Shown: piece by piece, positions 11,201 to 19,023 of the stretch
Layout of the letters: each line of letters opens with the position of its first letter
Numbering within the stretch: the stretch's first letter is position 1
Origin: a virus
Taxonomy: Duplodnaviria > Caudoviricetes
DNA: 64,000 nt
Virus record (IMG/VR): IMGVR_UViG_3300029955_000001
Reading direction: 5' to 3' (one strand)
Program-made: the position numbers and the translations under genes
Notes under the pieces: generated by a model
The model's database searches: none
Seen by the model: the letters and a program-made list of their open reading frames with translations, nothing else
What the model was told of the DNA's origin: nothing

Positions 11201-12709
11201 GCTGGCGCATTAGCATGGTCGGCTGAAGGCGATACGGCTGATAAGACATCTATAACTGTTCCTTCTGGGACATTAAGTAGTTTGTCATCTTACGTAGCTC
11301 GTGTTAAATACACTGGCAATATGTACGGTACTTCAGCATGGTCCACTTGGGATGGGTTTACTACAGGTAACGAAGGTGTTAATACACCTACTATTATATC
11401 GCCAGCAAATAGTTCATCTGTTTCAACGTCAACGTTAACATTGACAGGAAGTACATTTTCTGCATACGGAACAACAGACACACACGCTTCAACTAATTGG
11501 GAGCTATGGTCTGTAGCTACAACACCTGTGTTATTATGGTCATATGAACTTGACACTGTTAATCTAACGTCAATTACAGTACCTAGTAGTTACTTAACTG
11601 ACGGTGTATCGTATCAAGCTCGTATACAGTACACTGGTGCTGCAGCTGGTTCTTCTGAATGGTCTGCGTGGGATGTGTTCACAATGGCTTGGCCTGTCGG
11701 TCCTACAGTTATAGGTGAATCATGGGGTGGCGGTTACTTCATGGGGAATGTTACTGTTGGCGCAGCAAATATGGCAATCATCCTAGCACCAAAAACATCT
11801 GGTGAACATTCTGGAGAAATACTATATACGTCAAATGGTCCTTCGCCATCTGGGGCTTATTCTACTACTGATTCGGTGGCAGATACAGCTGCATGGGCGT
11901 CATTAGGCGCTGGTTCTCCTGCTGCTATATTTGTAAGTGCTTTAACAATTGGCGGGTATAGTGATTGGCAAATACCGTCATCGGCGGTATGGGACCTAGT
12001 TACGGCAAATGCGAATCCAACTACAACTACGTCTGCATTGTATATTACCGGCGGACAAGAAGTAATTGAAAATGCGTGGTATTGGTCTTCGACAGCATAC
12101 GACGACATTAGTACAAACTCTGTTTATGTTAATGCTGTACCTGCTGTAGCAGCACACACGATACCAGCTACTGCTGCTATACCGTCTTACACCACAGGGG
12201 CTGCACCAAGTTATACCATACCAGCGGTTCCTTCAACGCCATCGTCACCAGGCACCCCGATATACCAAACCATATCTGGCGGCACTGGTTTCTTTAGCAT
12301 GTCAGAGACTGGAAACACTTTACCTAGTAATTACGGCCAATGCCCAGCAGGGCAAGCTTTGCTCAGTGAATATGACCAAACATCCACAGATCATGGATGG
12401 GTGTGGTCTTGTCAGATTCAAGATAGGGTTATTACCGGCTATGTTCCAGGAACTGCTGTAGCGCAAATACCAGCAGTTCCGGCTGTATTTGTACCTGCTG
12501 TTCCAGGGACTGTGCATCCTGCTGTACCGGCACAGCCTGCTCAATATATCGCCGCAACACCAGCTGTACCTGGTCATTGGGATACGTCAACTTATACAAC
12601 GTACGACGCCTATGCGTTTAACTATAGTAACTCTACTATGCAGTTACCAAAGCCAACGAACACGGCGTTATACGTGAGAGCAGTTAGGTTAGTTCCTGTT
12701 GGATCGTAA
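8276..12709 (+). CDS. Large tail fibre / receptor-binding protein with five FN3/Ig-like repeats and a C-terminal DUF1566/C-type-lectin-like domain
   Basis: N-terminus shared with the 5278 protein; five repeats ending S.WS.W..FT; C-terminal GESWGGGYF...W.IPS...YWSST...LYVRAVR. Confidence 0.8.
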   Translation: MSTPLVLKYPIDPTGTNPANLVQGEVQTLIPRPIRAAATDYGAFYSASLIVTDTANNTILTSAQYYPAEMYKIPTEMYGKEVCAIIIITDPTVSNSISLQYQAVGGIFSTSTEAIVQMLNAAQLDNRPITWPNIEQKPTEFVPTLHTHSTDDFYGMEYVTFALERVRQAILQGDDVSHDQIYAYIDKNIAAVSAAQVSAINAAMALHLAAANPHPQYVLIADENIYPLVRTPTNEVPVSGAIGVNPELTLTGNEYYSLYGVSQGASEFRLSVNAGCVSPFIFDAVLGAVNTYNYSGVLSSETVYYWQVRYQDSEGVWSAWSTVTSFTSAVIGVNTPIINSITNGAVGVSLTPILTNSAFSSTGIVDTQTSSVFQIWTNNSAIGVPVWSDTVNSGNLNSVSVSGGTLQITTTYYARSQQVGALLGASNWSSWVAFTTASTGITTPSIITPANDAIDVSITPTITASAFTPFGGTDTQASTNWEIWTLGSTLTPVVRTFTASGTFTPPSDVMSVTSVSGYGAAAVANTTTPVTYTSGAASTAFGFAFPGGVNATAPVTTTENTVAVIPGYSYPIIVPTGGIVTINYSTIVPALVWSSENNTTNHTSITLPVNSIVADTLYQIRVQYTGVLHGSSAWSAWSYFTAGSQGVNTPSITSPVIDSTGVSTSPTLLASAFSVFGGADTQASASWEIWTAGTAVPHTQAFTANGTWTAPTGVSNLTSIVGHGAASTPISGIIGYGPSYYQIGYNSLIGGYNYTSTPTITQTSGSIQSGAGGGVTILPLYSYTSPIAVVHGTVPDGTYTAIGTNISANDVTSPVMTAVVSGNIVTSVTVTPGLTIEGSQEDAFALWNITFDIGNYLQGFASANVNTGTYYATATIAQGVANSATAITYQVSGGGGSTFTISSTPVLTAGNAEYGTVGYTAGANATAVGNTFLGATGSAAPVVVTDTNVAVVPGTSYPIVVPTGASVTINWSTGTAGALAWSAEGDTADKTSITVPSGTLSSLSSYVARVKYTGNMYGTSAWSTWDGFTTGNEGVNTPTIISPANSSSVSTSTLTLTGSTFSAYGTTDTHASTNWELWSVATTPVLLWSYELDTVNLTSITVPSSYLTDGVSYQARIQYTGAAAGSSEWSAWDVFTMAWPVGPTVIGESWGGGYFMGNVTVGAANMAIILAPKTSGEHSGEILYTSNGPSPSGAYSTTDSVADTAAWASLGAGSPAAIFVSALTIGGYSDWQIPSSAVWDLVTANANPTTTTSALYITGGQEVIENAWYWSSTAYDDISTNSVYVNAVPAVAAHTIPATAAIPSYTTGAAPSYTIPAVPSTPSSPGTPIYQTISGGTGFFSMSETGNTLPSNYGQCPAGQALLSEYDQTSTDHGWVWSCQIQDRVITGYVPGTAVAQIPAVPAVFVPAVPGTVHPAVPAQPAQYIAATPAVPGHWDTSTYTTYDAYAFNYSNSTMQLPKPTNTALYVRAVRLVPVGS

Positions 12710-12732
12710 TTTACAAGCCATATTGTGAAGAT

Positions 12733-12761
12733 TGACGTGAGAATTAAAAACACTCACGTCA
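12733..12761 (+). terminator. Hairpin after tail-fibre gene
   Basis: tgacgtgag/ctcacgtca stem. Confidence 0.5.
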
Positions 12762-12797
12762 TTTCTAATAACTCTCTATCTCTCTAGGTAAATAAAA

Positions 12798-13223
12798 ATG
12801 ACACAACCAACGCCAATCGTAGTAAATGGTCCTTCTGTAAAAGGATCTTTAGGCATGTCAAGTGTAAGCGAAAAATGTGCTTTACCTGATGGTGTATATG
12901 TTCCTCTTTTTACTGCTCCATCAGGATGTGCTGATGTAGTTGTAAACTATCGTATTGTCTCAAATGACATCACTACTGATACTACTGTTCGTGCTGCTAT
13001 TTGCAATTCTGGTTACGTAGCGGGCACTGCTCCTAGTCCAGCAGATTGGATTCAACCAGGTAATTTTAAGATTGGGCCAAGTGGCGTTACAGTAGGTATT
13101 ATGGAAGATACATCTGTAGTTATGGGTCCTGGTGAAGTGCTTGTTGTATGGGCGTCTAACGGAACAAGTAGTGCGTTTATTGCCACTGCTAGAGTACATG
13201 GCTTCCAAAAAGCGACTTCTTAA
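12798..13223 (+). CDS. Probable virion structural protein (beta-sandwich)
   Basis: 141 aa, beta-rich; lies in the tail cluster. Confidence 0.55.
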   Translation: MTQPTPIVVNGPSVKGSLGMSSVSEKCALPDGVYVPLFTAPSGCADVVVNYRIVSNDITTDTTVRAAICNSGYVAGTAPSPADWIQPGNFKIGPSGVTVGIMEDTSVVMGPGEVLVVWASNGTSSAFIATARVHGFQKATS

Positions 13224-13240
13224 TTTAGAAAGGACTTAGC

Positions 13241-13864
13241 ATGTCACAGTCTTATGGTAACGCGCGTTACGGTCAACAGGCTACTGCCATCGCGGTAACA
13301 GCTGCTGCGACGGTAGCCGCTAACGCAATGACTTTAGCAAATTCATTTTCTTCTCAATTAACTAATGTCGAAGCTAGTCTAGCGGCAGCTATCGTAACTA
13401 TCAATAACACAGGAACGATGGTAGCAGAAGAAACTAGTAGAGCAGAATCAGTAGAAACAATACTGCAACAGGATATAAATAACATTGTACTAAGTTCTGG
13501 CGGAATCGTTACATTACCATACACTATTCCATTCTCATGTTTTGATCCAATCATGGTAACATCGATATTAGATGGTACAATTGTAACTGAACAAGTTACA
13601 TTACCAGTGAACTTAACAGGATCGTTTGGTAAGTGCGGCATTGCTCCAGTGACTTCTAATTCTCAATTCGATATATTGATAAATGGAACCACTGTTGGCG
13701 AAGTTCTATTTAGCCCCGGCTCAACAAACGCTACATTTACTTTTGCAGCACAACAAGTATTAAATCCTGGAGATTTAATTATTCTTCAAGTGAGTAGCGG
13801 TGTATTTGATACCAGTCTAGAAAATGTGTTTATAACATTAACTGGTACTTATACCTCAGCTTAA
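13241..13864 (+). CDS. Probable tail-associated protein (N-terminal coiled coil, C-terminal beta domain)
   Basis: AAGGA RBS; composition and position. Confidence 0.55.
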   Translation: MSQSYGNARYGQQATAIAVTAAATVAANAMTLANSFSSQLTNVEASLAAAIVTINNTGTMVAEETSRAESVETILQQDINNIVLSSGGIVTLPYTIPFSCFDPIMVTSILDGTIVTEQVTLPVNLTGSFGKCGIAPVTSNSQFDILINGTTVGEVLFSPGSTNATFTFAAQQVLNPGDLIILQVSSGVFDTSLENVFITLTGTYTSA

Positions 13865-13965
13865 AATATTAATTTTTTTATATATCACACATGAATAGTG
13901 TGCGATGCAAATCACTTATTTTAGTGGTTTATTATTTTCTCAACAACTTACTAAGGATGTTAAAA

Positions 13966-14256
13966 ATGACTACACCTTTTCCGATTAAACGAAATGTTCT
14001 GCGTATGATTCATTGGTTGATTATAGCAGCATTGTTTTATTTTGTTGCTTATTGCTTATCAATCGACGAAGAGCTTCGTCAGCTTTCTACAATCTCTTGG
14101 AAACTCGGCAATGTAACTGTAGGCGGTTATGTGGGCTATTGGCTAGATAGGCATTTGTTCCAAACAAGGATAGATGACACTAGCCCGCCACTGTTACAGA
14201 TCAGGAGAGCCGTGATTGTGGCAGCTAGTATCTTTGCTGTATCGACAGGATTGTAA
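13966..14256 (+). CDS. Putative holin (2-3 transmembrane segments)
   Basis: Start reassigned to ATG 13966 after AAGGA; hydrophobic helices; GYVGYWLDR.LF motif; directly upstream of a transglycosylase. Confidence 0.75.
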   Translation: MTTPFPIKRNVLRMIHWLIIAALFYFVAYCLSIDEELRQLSTISWKLGNVTVGGYVGYWLDRHLFQTRIDDTSPPLLQIRRAVIVAASIFAVSTGL

Positions 14257-14257
14257 A

Positions 14258-14965
14258 ATGAAACGCATCCTCTTATGTTTAGATAAGTGGGCGACTATTA
14301 TTTACGGGATTTTAATAGCTATTGTTTTATTGTTCGTTGTTGCGAATAGCGTATCTGCTGCTATCATCAATACACATAAACCAATAGTTAAACAATCAGT
14401 CCCACGGACCCCTGTAATTATGCTGCAATATAGAGCTGCGTTAACAAGAGAAGCACAGTTTGTTTACGGCATAAACGCACCTATCCCTATGTTCGCTGGT
14501 CAGATATGGCAAGAGTCCGGCGGTAAAGCAAATGCAAAGGCATGGGATTTAGGAATGGGGTTAGGACAATTCGAACCGGGCACAGCAAAAGAAATAGTGA
14601 AGTTGTATCCTGAATTAGGACCATCTGACCCTTTCAATCCTGTATGGTCAATACGGGCTTTGGTAAGATATGATGATTGGATATACAAGCGCGTTAAAGG
14701 CGTTAATGCATGTGAGGTGTGGGGTGGTAGCTTAGATGGCTACAACGCAGGTCTGGGGTATGTTCAGAAAGCTCAGAGAGCATCTCCTGATCCTACTGTC
14801 TGGTTTACTAAGACCGAATATGTGCCTACAGGCCAAACAGCCAAGAATAAAGAATACAGTCGTGTCTACCCACGAATTATTCTTTTTAAACACCAAGCTA
14901 TGTTTTCTACTTGGGGAGCATTAACGTGTTTACCGTATGTTCCAGTTGGTAAAAATTCTTTTTAA
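14258..14965 (+). CDS. Lytic transglycosylase (SLT family) endolysin with N-terminal TM/SAR segment
   Basis: Catalytic QES motif, GLGQF and YNAG motifs; hydrophobic N-terminus; start taken at ATG 14258. Confidence 0.88.
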   Translation: MKRILLCLDKWATIIYGILIAIVLLFVVANSVSAAIINTHKPIVKQSVPRTPVIMLQYRAALTREAQFVYGINAPIPMFAGQIWQESGGKANAKAWDLGMGLGQFEPGTAKEIVKLYPELGPSDPFNPVWSIRALVRYDDWIYKRVKGVNACEVWGGSLDGYNAGLGYVQKAQRASPDPTVWFTKTEYVPTGQTAKNKEYSRVYPRIILFKHQAMFSTWGALTCLPYVPVGKNSF

Positions 14966-14998
14966 TTTTTATGTTGGTTTGAATAAACAAAAAAAATA

Positions 14999-15037
14999 GG
15001 CATAAAGTCAGAGAGAAAACTCTCTGACTTTATGCCG
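14999..15037. terminator. Bidirectional hairpin: T-tract on minus strand, TATGCCG on plus strand
   Basis: 17-bp stem ggcataaagtcagagag/ctctctgactttatgcc preceded by an A-run. Confidence 0.85.
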
Positions 15038-15049
15038 TACAGTTAACTT

Positions 15050-15460
15050 CTAATCTCTCAGTTTTAAACCTTTATCAGCTAACGCTCTCTTTATTTGCTC
15101 AACGTCAACGTTGGATATGCGAGGCAGCTCTTTCAATAGCGATTCAGTTAGTAATGCTACATCGCCCACTGTATTAATACCAGATTTAATTAAATTATCT
15201 TCTAGTAAACGCGGTAGCCATAACATCACAACTGATTGGGTTAGTAGTGGTGTATTGATATTTTGTTCTGCTGTTACTTTTGCATTCCTATTAAAAAGAG
15301 ATTCGGCTTCTTCAAGATGCTTCCATGATTCTCTCATATGCCTTAAAACAATTTCTTCCCTTTCAATAGCAGTTGTTGATATTGATTCACCAGGGGTTAA
15401 TTGCGCCATTACTTGGTAATACGCTGCCTTAGCTAATAGTACAGCTATTTTATCATTCAT
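15050..15460 (-). CDS. Protein with C-terminal RNA polymerase alpha-CTD-like domain
   Basis: SVVMLWLPRLLEDNLIKSGINTVGDVALLTESLLKELP...EQIKRALADKGLKL aligns by eye to the E. coli alpha-CTD [38 protein letters not shown]...EIKDVLASRGLSL. Confidence 0.8.
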   Translation of the reverse strand: MNDKIAVLLAKAAYYQVMAQLTPGESISTTAIEREEIVLRHMRESWKHLEEAESLFNRNAKVTAEQNINTPLLTQSVVMLWLPRLLEDNLIKSGINTVGDVALLTESLLKELPRISNVDVEQIKRALADKGLKLRD

Positions 15461-15665
15461 GATTATCCTCTTTCTCTTTTTGTGTCTTATTTAATTTATC
15501 AAGTAACGCACTAGCATTACGTGTTAAAAGTTCTTCTGGTGTAGGTGGTTTATCAGTTAGAAATGTATCGTCGTAATATAGTTCTTTTCTACGAAATGGT
15601 AAATATAAAAATAGAAGTAATAAAATAACAAAAACAACAATCAAAAAGATCGTAAACGTATCCAA
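15453..15665 (-). CDS. Small membrane protein
   Basis: N-terminal hydrophobic helix. Confidence 0.65.
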   Translation of the reverse strand: MDTFTIFLIVVFVILLLLFLYLPFRRKELYYDDTFLTDKPPTPEELLTRNASALLDKLNKTQKEKEDNHE

Positions 15666-15667
15666 TT

Positions 15668-16000
15668 TTAAATACCCCTTTTTGCAATAACAATATAAGC
15701 CACCACGTCGTTTGCCTTCGGTTCCTTACCGTCCCATCTCCATCGGAAGTAATGAGCACTCAGACACTTCTCATCACCGTCTCTACGCTTAATCAATACA
15801 CGCGTATTCTTACTCACTGGTGAATCGCCCATTCCTAACCAGCATAACCATTCCCTATCTCCTTTTTTAACTTTCTTATGTTGAACAGGTATTAATAATT
15901 CTTTCAACGATGTCATCTCTTCCACCGTTATACCACAGCTCTCTAATTTTTTAATTAACGCAGTGGCTGCTGTTCTAATAAGCTCTGCTCTTGTTACCAC
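15668..16000 (-). CDS. Hypothetical phage protein
   Basis: AAGGAG RBS with GTG start; W.G.G..PV...RRDG...W...DVVAY motif common in phage proteins. Confidence 0.7.
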   Translation of the reverse strand: MVTRAELIRTAATALIKKLESCGITVEEMTSLKELLIPVQHKKVKKGDREWLCWLGMGDSPVSKNTRVLIKRRDGDEKCLSAHYFRWRWDGKEPKANDVVAYIVIAKRGI

Positions 16001-16091
16001 AATACTCTCCTTTTAAATAAAGTATAAAAAATACATATCTGAAAAATGTATCTATGTATTTTTCTACTCTATCAATAATTACTATGTAACA

Positions 16092-16135
16092 CTACGCTAC
16101 TACTGGAACCTTCCCTAATCCCAGTAGTAGCGTAG
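16092..16135. terminator. 15-bp perfect hairpin downstream of the second alpha-CTD gene
   Basis: ctacgctactactgg/ccagtagtagcgtag. Confidence 0.6.
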
Positions 16136-16143
16136 ATTCTCAT

Positions 16144-16581
16144 CTATGCCGGAAATGAATCAGGTCTTTTCCAATTAGGTAACTTCATCCCTAGCTTCAA
16201 ATTGTGTTCTGCTAGTGCTTTAGTAATTGTTAAAACATAAAGTGAATCCTCGCTTGTTGTATTTAATAACTTAGCCAGTGAATGTTTAGTCATCTGAACT
16301 AATTCACCAATGTAACTTACGTTATTAATAAACAATTTATTTTCTGTTTCTTTTGGCAATCCCAACACATTAACAGATAGACTGTAGTAACATGGTTCAG
16401 CTTTAGGAACACCCATCCAATCCAAGTATTTATCAGCAGCATTGAATAATTGTTCTGCTAAATCAAACTGCGCGTATGCTAAAACAGTCTCTTTACGTTC
16501 GTAAAGAATTCTACCTTTTTCAAAATGATATTTCGCTCTATCTACTAGCAATTGAAAACGTGCATTCATTTCCATTCTCAT
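16144..16581 (-). CDS. Second protein with C-terminal alpha-CTD-like domain
   Basis: SVNVLGLP..TENKL....VSYIGELVQMT...ALAEHNLKLGMKLPNW matches the alpha-CTD, including its LGMRLENW tail. Confidence 0.82.
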   Translation of the reverse strand: MRMEMNARFQLLVDRAKYHFEKGRILYERKETVLAYAQFDLAEQLFNAADKYLDWMGVPKAEPCYYSLSVNVLGLPKETENKLFINNVSYIGELVQMTKHSLAKLLNTTSEDSLYVLTITKALAEHNLKLGMKLPNWKRPDSFPA

Positions 16582-16617
16582 TTATTTAAAAAACAATTAC
16601 ACTATAACTATATCAAA

Positions 16618-16638
16618 GTAATTATATATGTCTGAATT
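16618..16638 (-). promoter_or_regulatory. Putative early (virion RNAP) promoter
   Basis: Minus-strand TTCAGACATATATAATTAC, a member of the repeated motif also seen at 48043 and 50531. Confidence 0.6.
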
Positions 16639-16650
16639 ATTTTGTATTAA

Positions 16651-16684
16651 CGGCATAATAGCTAGGTAGTTATACCTAGCTAAA
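16651..16684 (-). terminator. Hairpin + TATGCCG (minus strand)
   Basis: tagctaggta/tacctagcta stem flanked by CGGCATA on the + strand. Confidence 0.6.
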
Positions 16685-16946
16685 TATAAAGTAAAATACA
16701 AAGTCAAAAGACAAGAAGTGAGATATTGCTTTAAAGCAATATCTAGGTAATAGACACAACTGGACACCTAGGGCGCAGCCTCCGTCTGACGCAGACCGGA
16801 TGGTCACGATACATCCCTGCTCGTGACAAATGATACTCCTTGCCTGTAAAAAAAAAATATATTTTATTTCATTACACAACAAAACGGAATATAGCCTCTC
16901 TATACCATCCAAGTAAGTGGACAGTACAAAGAGACTAGATATTATT

Positions 16947-17261
16947 TTAAACGTCTTGTGGGGTCGGTAAACGTGGTACACGGCGACGTTCTTTATACTT
17001 CACAGTCACCTTCTCTATCTCTACACTAGGTCCAGCGATACGCATCAATCTCCAGTCATCACTGGTAGATATATCCACCAGACCATGTGTTTCAAACGCA
17101 CTCGTTCGTATTCGCTCTCGATATTGGCAAAACCATACTACTCTACCATCTTCTGTGGGTATTTGTTTAATAACCTCACAAATCTTATCCTGATTTTCCT
17201 TATAGACAGGATGAACCAACATAGCGATATCCCCTACTCCCACATTCACGTTATTCTCCAA
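16947..17261 (-). CDS. Hypothetical protein
   Basis: 104-aa ORF abutting the upstream gene in the operon. Confidence 0.7.
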   Translation of the reverse strand: MENNVNVGVGDIAMLVHPVYKENQDKICEVIKQIPTEDGRVVWFCQYRERIRTSAFETHGLVDISTSDDWRLMRIAGPSVEIEKVTVKYKERRRVPRLPTPQDV

Positions 17262-17606
17262 TTAAAGTTTATACGATGGATCAAAATCAGGTAACTCAAT
17301 TAGCTTACCTGCTAATTCATGTTCACAATCTGAAAGGTATTGTATTTTACCATCTGTAACAATACAGTGACACTGAGAGCGTTCTACTTTAGGGCCATCT
17401 GGATTATCCCAATCCACAGGTTCAGAATACGTTTCATGAAAAGAAGGAGTAAATGTAGGAAGAAAAGGATTATAGTTGAACGTCCAGTGAGGGCCTTTTG
17501 TAAAAACTGTTTTTAACAGCATTACGTGAGCGCACTGACATCCAGGGCACCAATACGCAATACAACCACCTTCCAATAATCTTAATTTACTACCGATCAT
17601 GTTCAT
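17262..17606 (-). CDS. DUF6527-like Cys/His metal-binding protein
   Basis: CPGC..H, W.FN....PTF.PS and CH..VTDG.IQYLSDC.H.LAG motifs. Confidence 0.75.
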   Translation of the reverse strand: MNMIGSKLRLLEGGCIAYWCPGCQCAHVMLLKTVFTKGPHWTFNYNPFLPTFTPSFHETYSEPVDWDNPDGPKVERSQCHCIVTDGKIQYLSDCEHELAGKLIELPDFDPSYKL

Positions 17607-18265
17607 TATTTTTTACCTAGATAGGTATTCTTTATTCGGAATATATTCTCGTACAGTTCTGTAACTTTCTTTTCTTCAGCTTCAGTACGTTCGCCGAATG
17701 GAGAAACGATTAAATCCGTTATTTCAATAGGAAAGTTAGGGATAGTAGCTTCTCTGCTAGAAACTTCCAAATCTATTTTTATCCATGGAGAATAATGGTT
17801 CTTTCCATCTTCATCAGTCTTAATAATAAAGACATCGAACTCCCAAGTTAAATCCGTACCAGGAGCAGGGAAGAAATAACGATCTTTTTTCATACCGCTA
17901 TCTGATAGTATTTTAAACTGAACAAAGTTTTGTTCTGTTGTAGGAATGCTAATCTCAAACCTATCCCCATCTGCGTTAGCGGTTGTTTTCGTAGTCAATA
18001 CATATTCAGGTAGCGAATCACCTTTTATAGTCTTACGAATACGGATAGTTCCTTTTCCAGCATTCTTTTCAGATTTAGGAATCTTAAGTTCCCACTGTTC
18101 TTGTTGCTCGAAATTCTCAGCTTTCTTTAGATCGTCAAAGTTAACTAAACGACCATAGTACACATGTTCTATTTCTTTATTAACTTTACCATCAGCAACT
18201 TCTTCTAACGACGGTGCGTTAGTCTTTATGCTTTCTAGTGCTTGTTTTAAAAAACTAGTTCTCAT
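17606..18265 (-). CDS. CYTH-like (triphosphate tunnel) domain protein
   Basis: EIEH motif, RIRK, TTK, K.RY and W..D/ID.E elements typical of the CYTH fold. Confidence 0.65.
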   Translation of the reverse strand: MRTSFLKQALESIKTNAPSLEEVADGKVNKEIEHVYYGRLVNFDDLKKAENFEQQEQWELKIPKSEKNAGKGTIRIRKTIKGDSLPEYVLTTKTTANADGDRFEISIPTTEQNFVQFKILSDSGMKKDRYFFPAPGTDLTWEFDVFIIKTDEDGKNHYSPWIKIDLEVSSREATIPNFPIEITDLIVSPFGERTEAEEKKVTELYENIFRIKNTYLGKK

Positions 18266-18273
18266 GATTGTTC

Positions 18274-18591
18274 CTATTCTGGTTTTATGAAAAAGTAAAG
18301 AAAAGGAAACAGAAATAATAGAAGATTAAATTCTTTTCTCTTTTTAATTGGTTTCGGAATAACACCATAAACACGTCTTTCAATTCCGTCTATCGGAATA
18401 GCTTTAAACGCTTGCACAGCCTCGCACATTGCCCAGTAGACTTTCCCTGAAGCTACCCAGCCTTTCCCTGAATGCATCTCTTCAATAGTGATTCCGAATG
18501 GATGTATAGTCCTGCATCTATCTTTACATTCTTTTGAACAGACTTCATTTTCGCAAAGCATTGTTATTTCCTTACTTATCTGGAGGATCAA
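18274..18591 (-). CDS. Hypothetical Cys-containing protein with C-terminal hydrophobic segment
   Basis: ORF in operon; C-terminal LLLFLFPFLYFF. Confidence 0.5.
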   Translation of the reverse strand: MILQISKEITMLCENEVCSKECKDRCRTIHPFGITIEEMHSGKGWVASGKVYWAMCEAVQAFKAIPIDGIERRVYGVIPKPIKKRKEFNLLLFLFPFLYFFIKPE

Positions 18592-19012
18592 GAATTACTT
18601 TTACTATTTCACTTACTGTTTCAACTACATCTTTAGTGACAGCAATGAGATCGCTCTTATCTGTAGCTTTAATAAAGGCGTAAGCGAACAATACCACAAT
18701 CGCTGCGGTTGTTACTAGTGCCACGGTCACAAACGTTTTAATAAGATAATTACGTAAACGTCTATCTTCTAATTCTAAAATAGAAAATTGATCTTCTTTA
18801 CGATTACCTTTAAACTTATTGTAAAATGTTTCCTGATCAGCTGGGGATAGTTTCTCAAATGCTTTATGAATATCTTCAATCTTAGCATTTTTGTTAATTA
18901 CTACGAGATCGTTATCAGGACTACTAGCAATATCATTGTAATGAGTAACAACATCTTCAATATTAGCGTGTGGCCGTGTGGTGCGTCTTCTTTCGTCTTT
19001 ATTAAAAAACAT
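18572..19012 (-). CDS. Single-TM membrane protein next to spanins (possible holin-like)
   Basis: TM segment FVTVALVTTAAIVVLFAYAFI; directly follows the o-spanin. Confidence 0.5.
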   Translation of the reverse strand: MFFNKDERRRTTRPHANIEDVVTHYNDIASSPDNDLVVINKNAKIEDIHKAFEKLSPADQETFYNKFKGNRKEDQFSILELEDRRLRNYLIKTFVTVALVTTAAIVVLFAYAFIKATDKSDLIAVTKDVVETVSEIVKVILDPPDK

Positions 19013-19023
19013 TAAAAGCTCCC

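Noticed and set aside
12080-12709. Diversity-generating retroelement targeting the CLec-like tail-fibre tip
   Set aside because: No reverse transcriptase and no template repeat differing at adenines were seen in this window; cannot be excluded elsewhere in the genome.
16676-16981. 101-aa minus-strand ORF across the structured intergenic island
   Set aside because: No RBS, crosses a T10 run and terminator hairpins, and has atypical composition.
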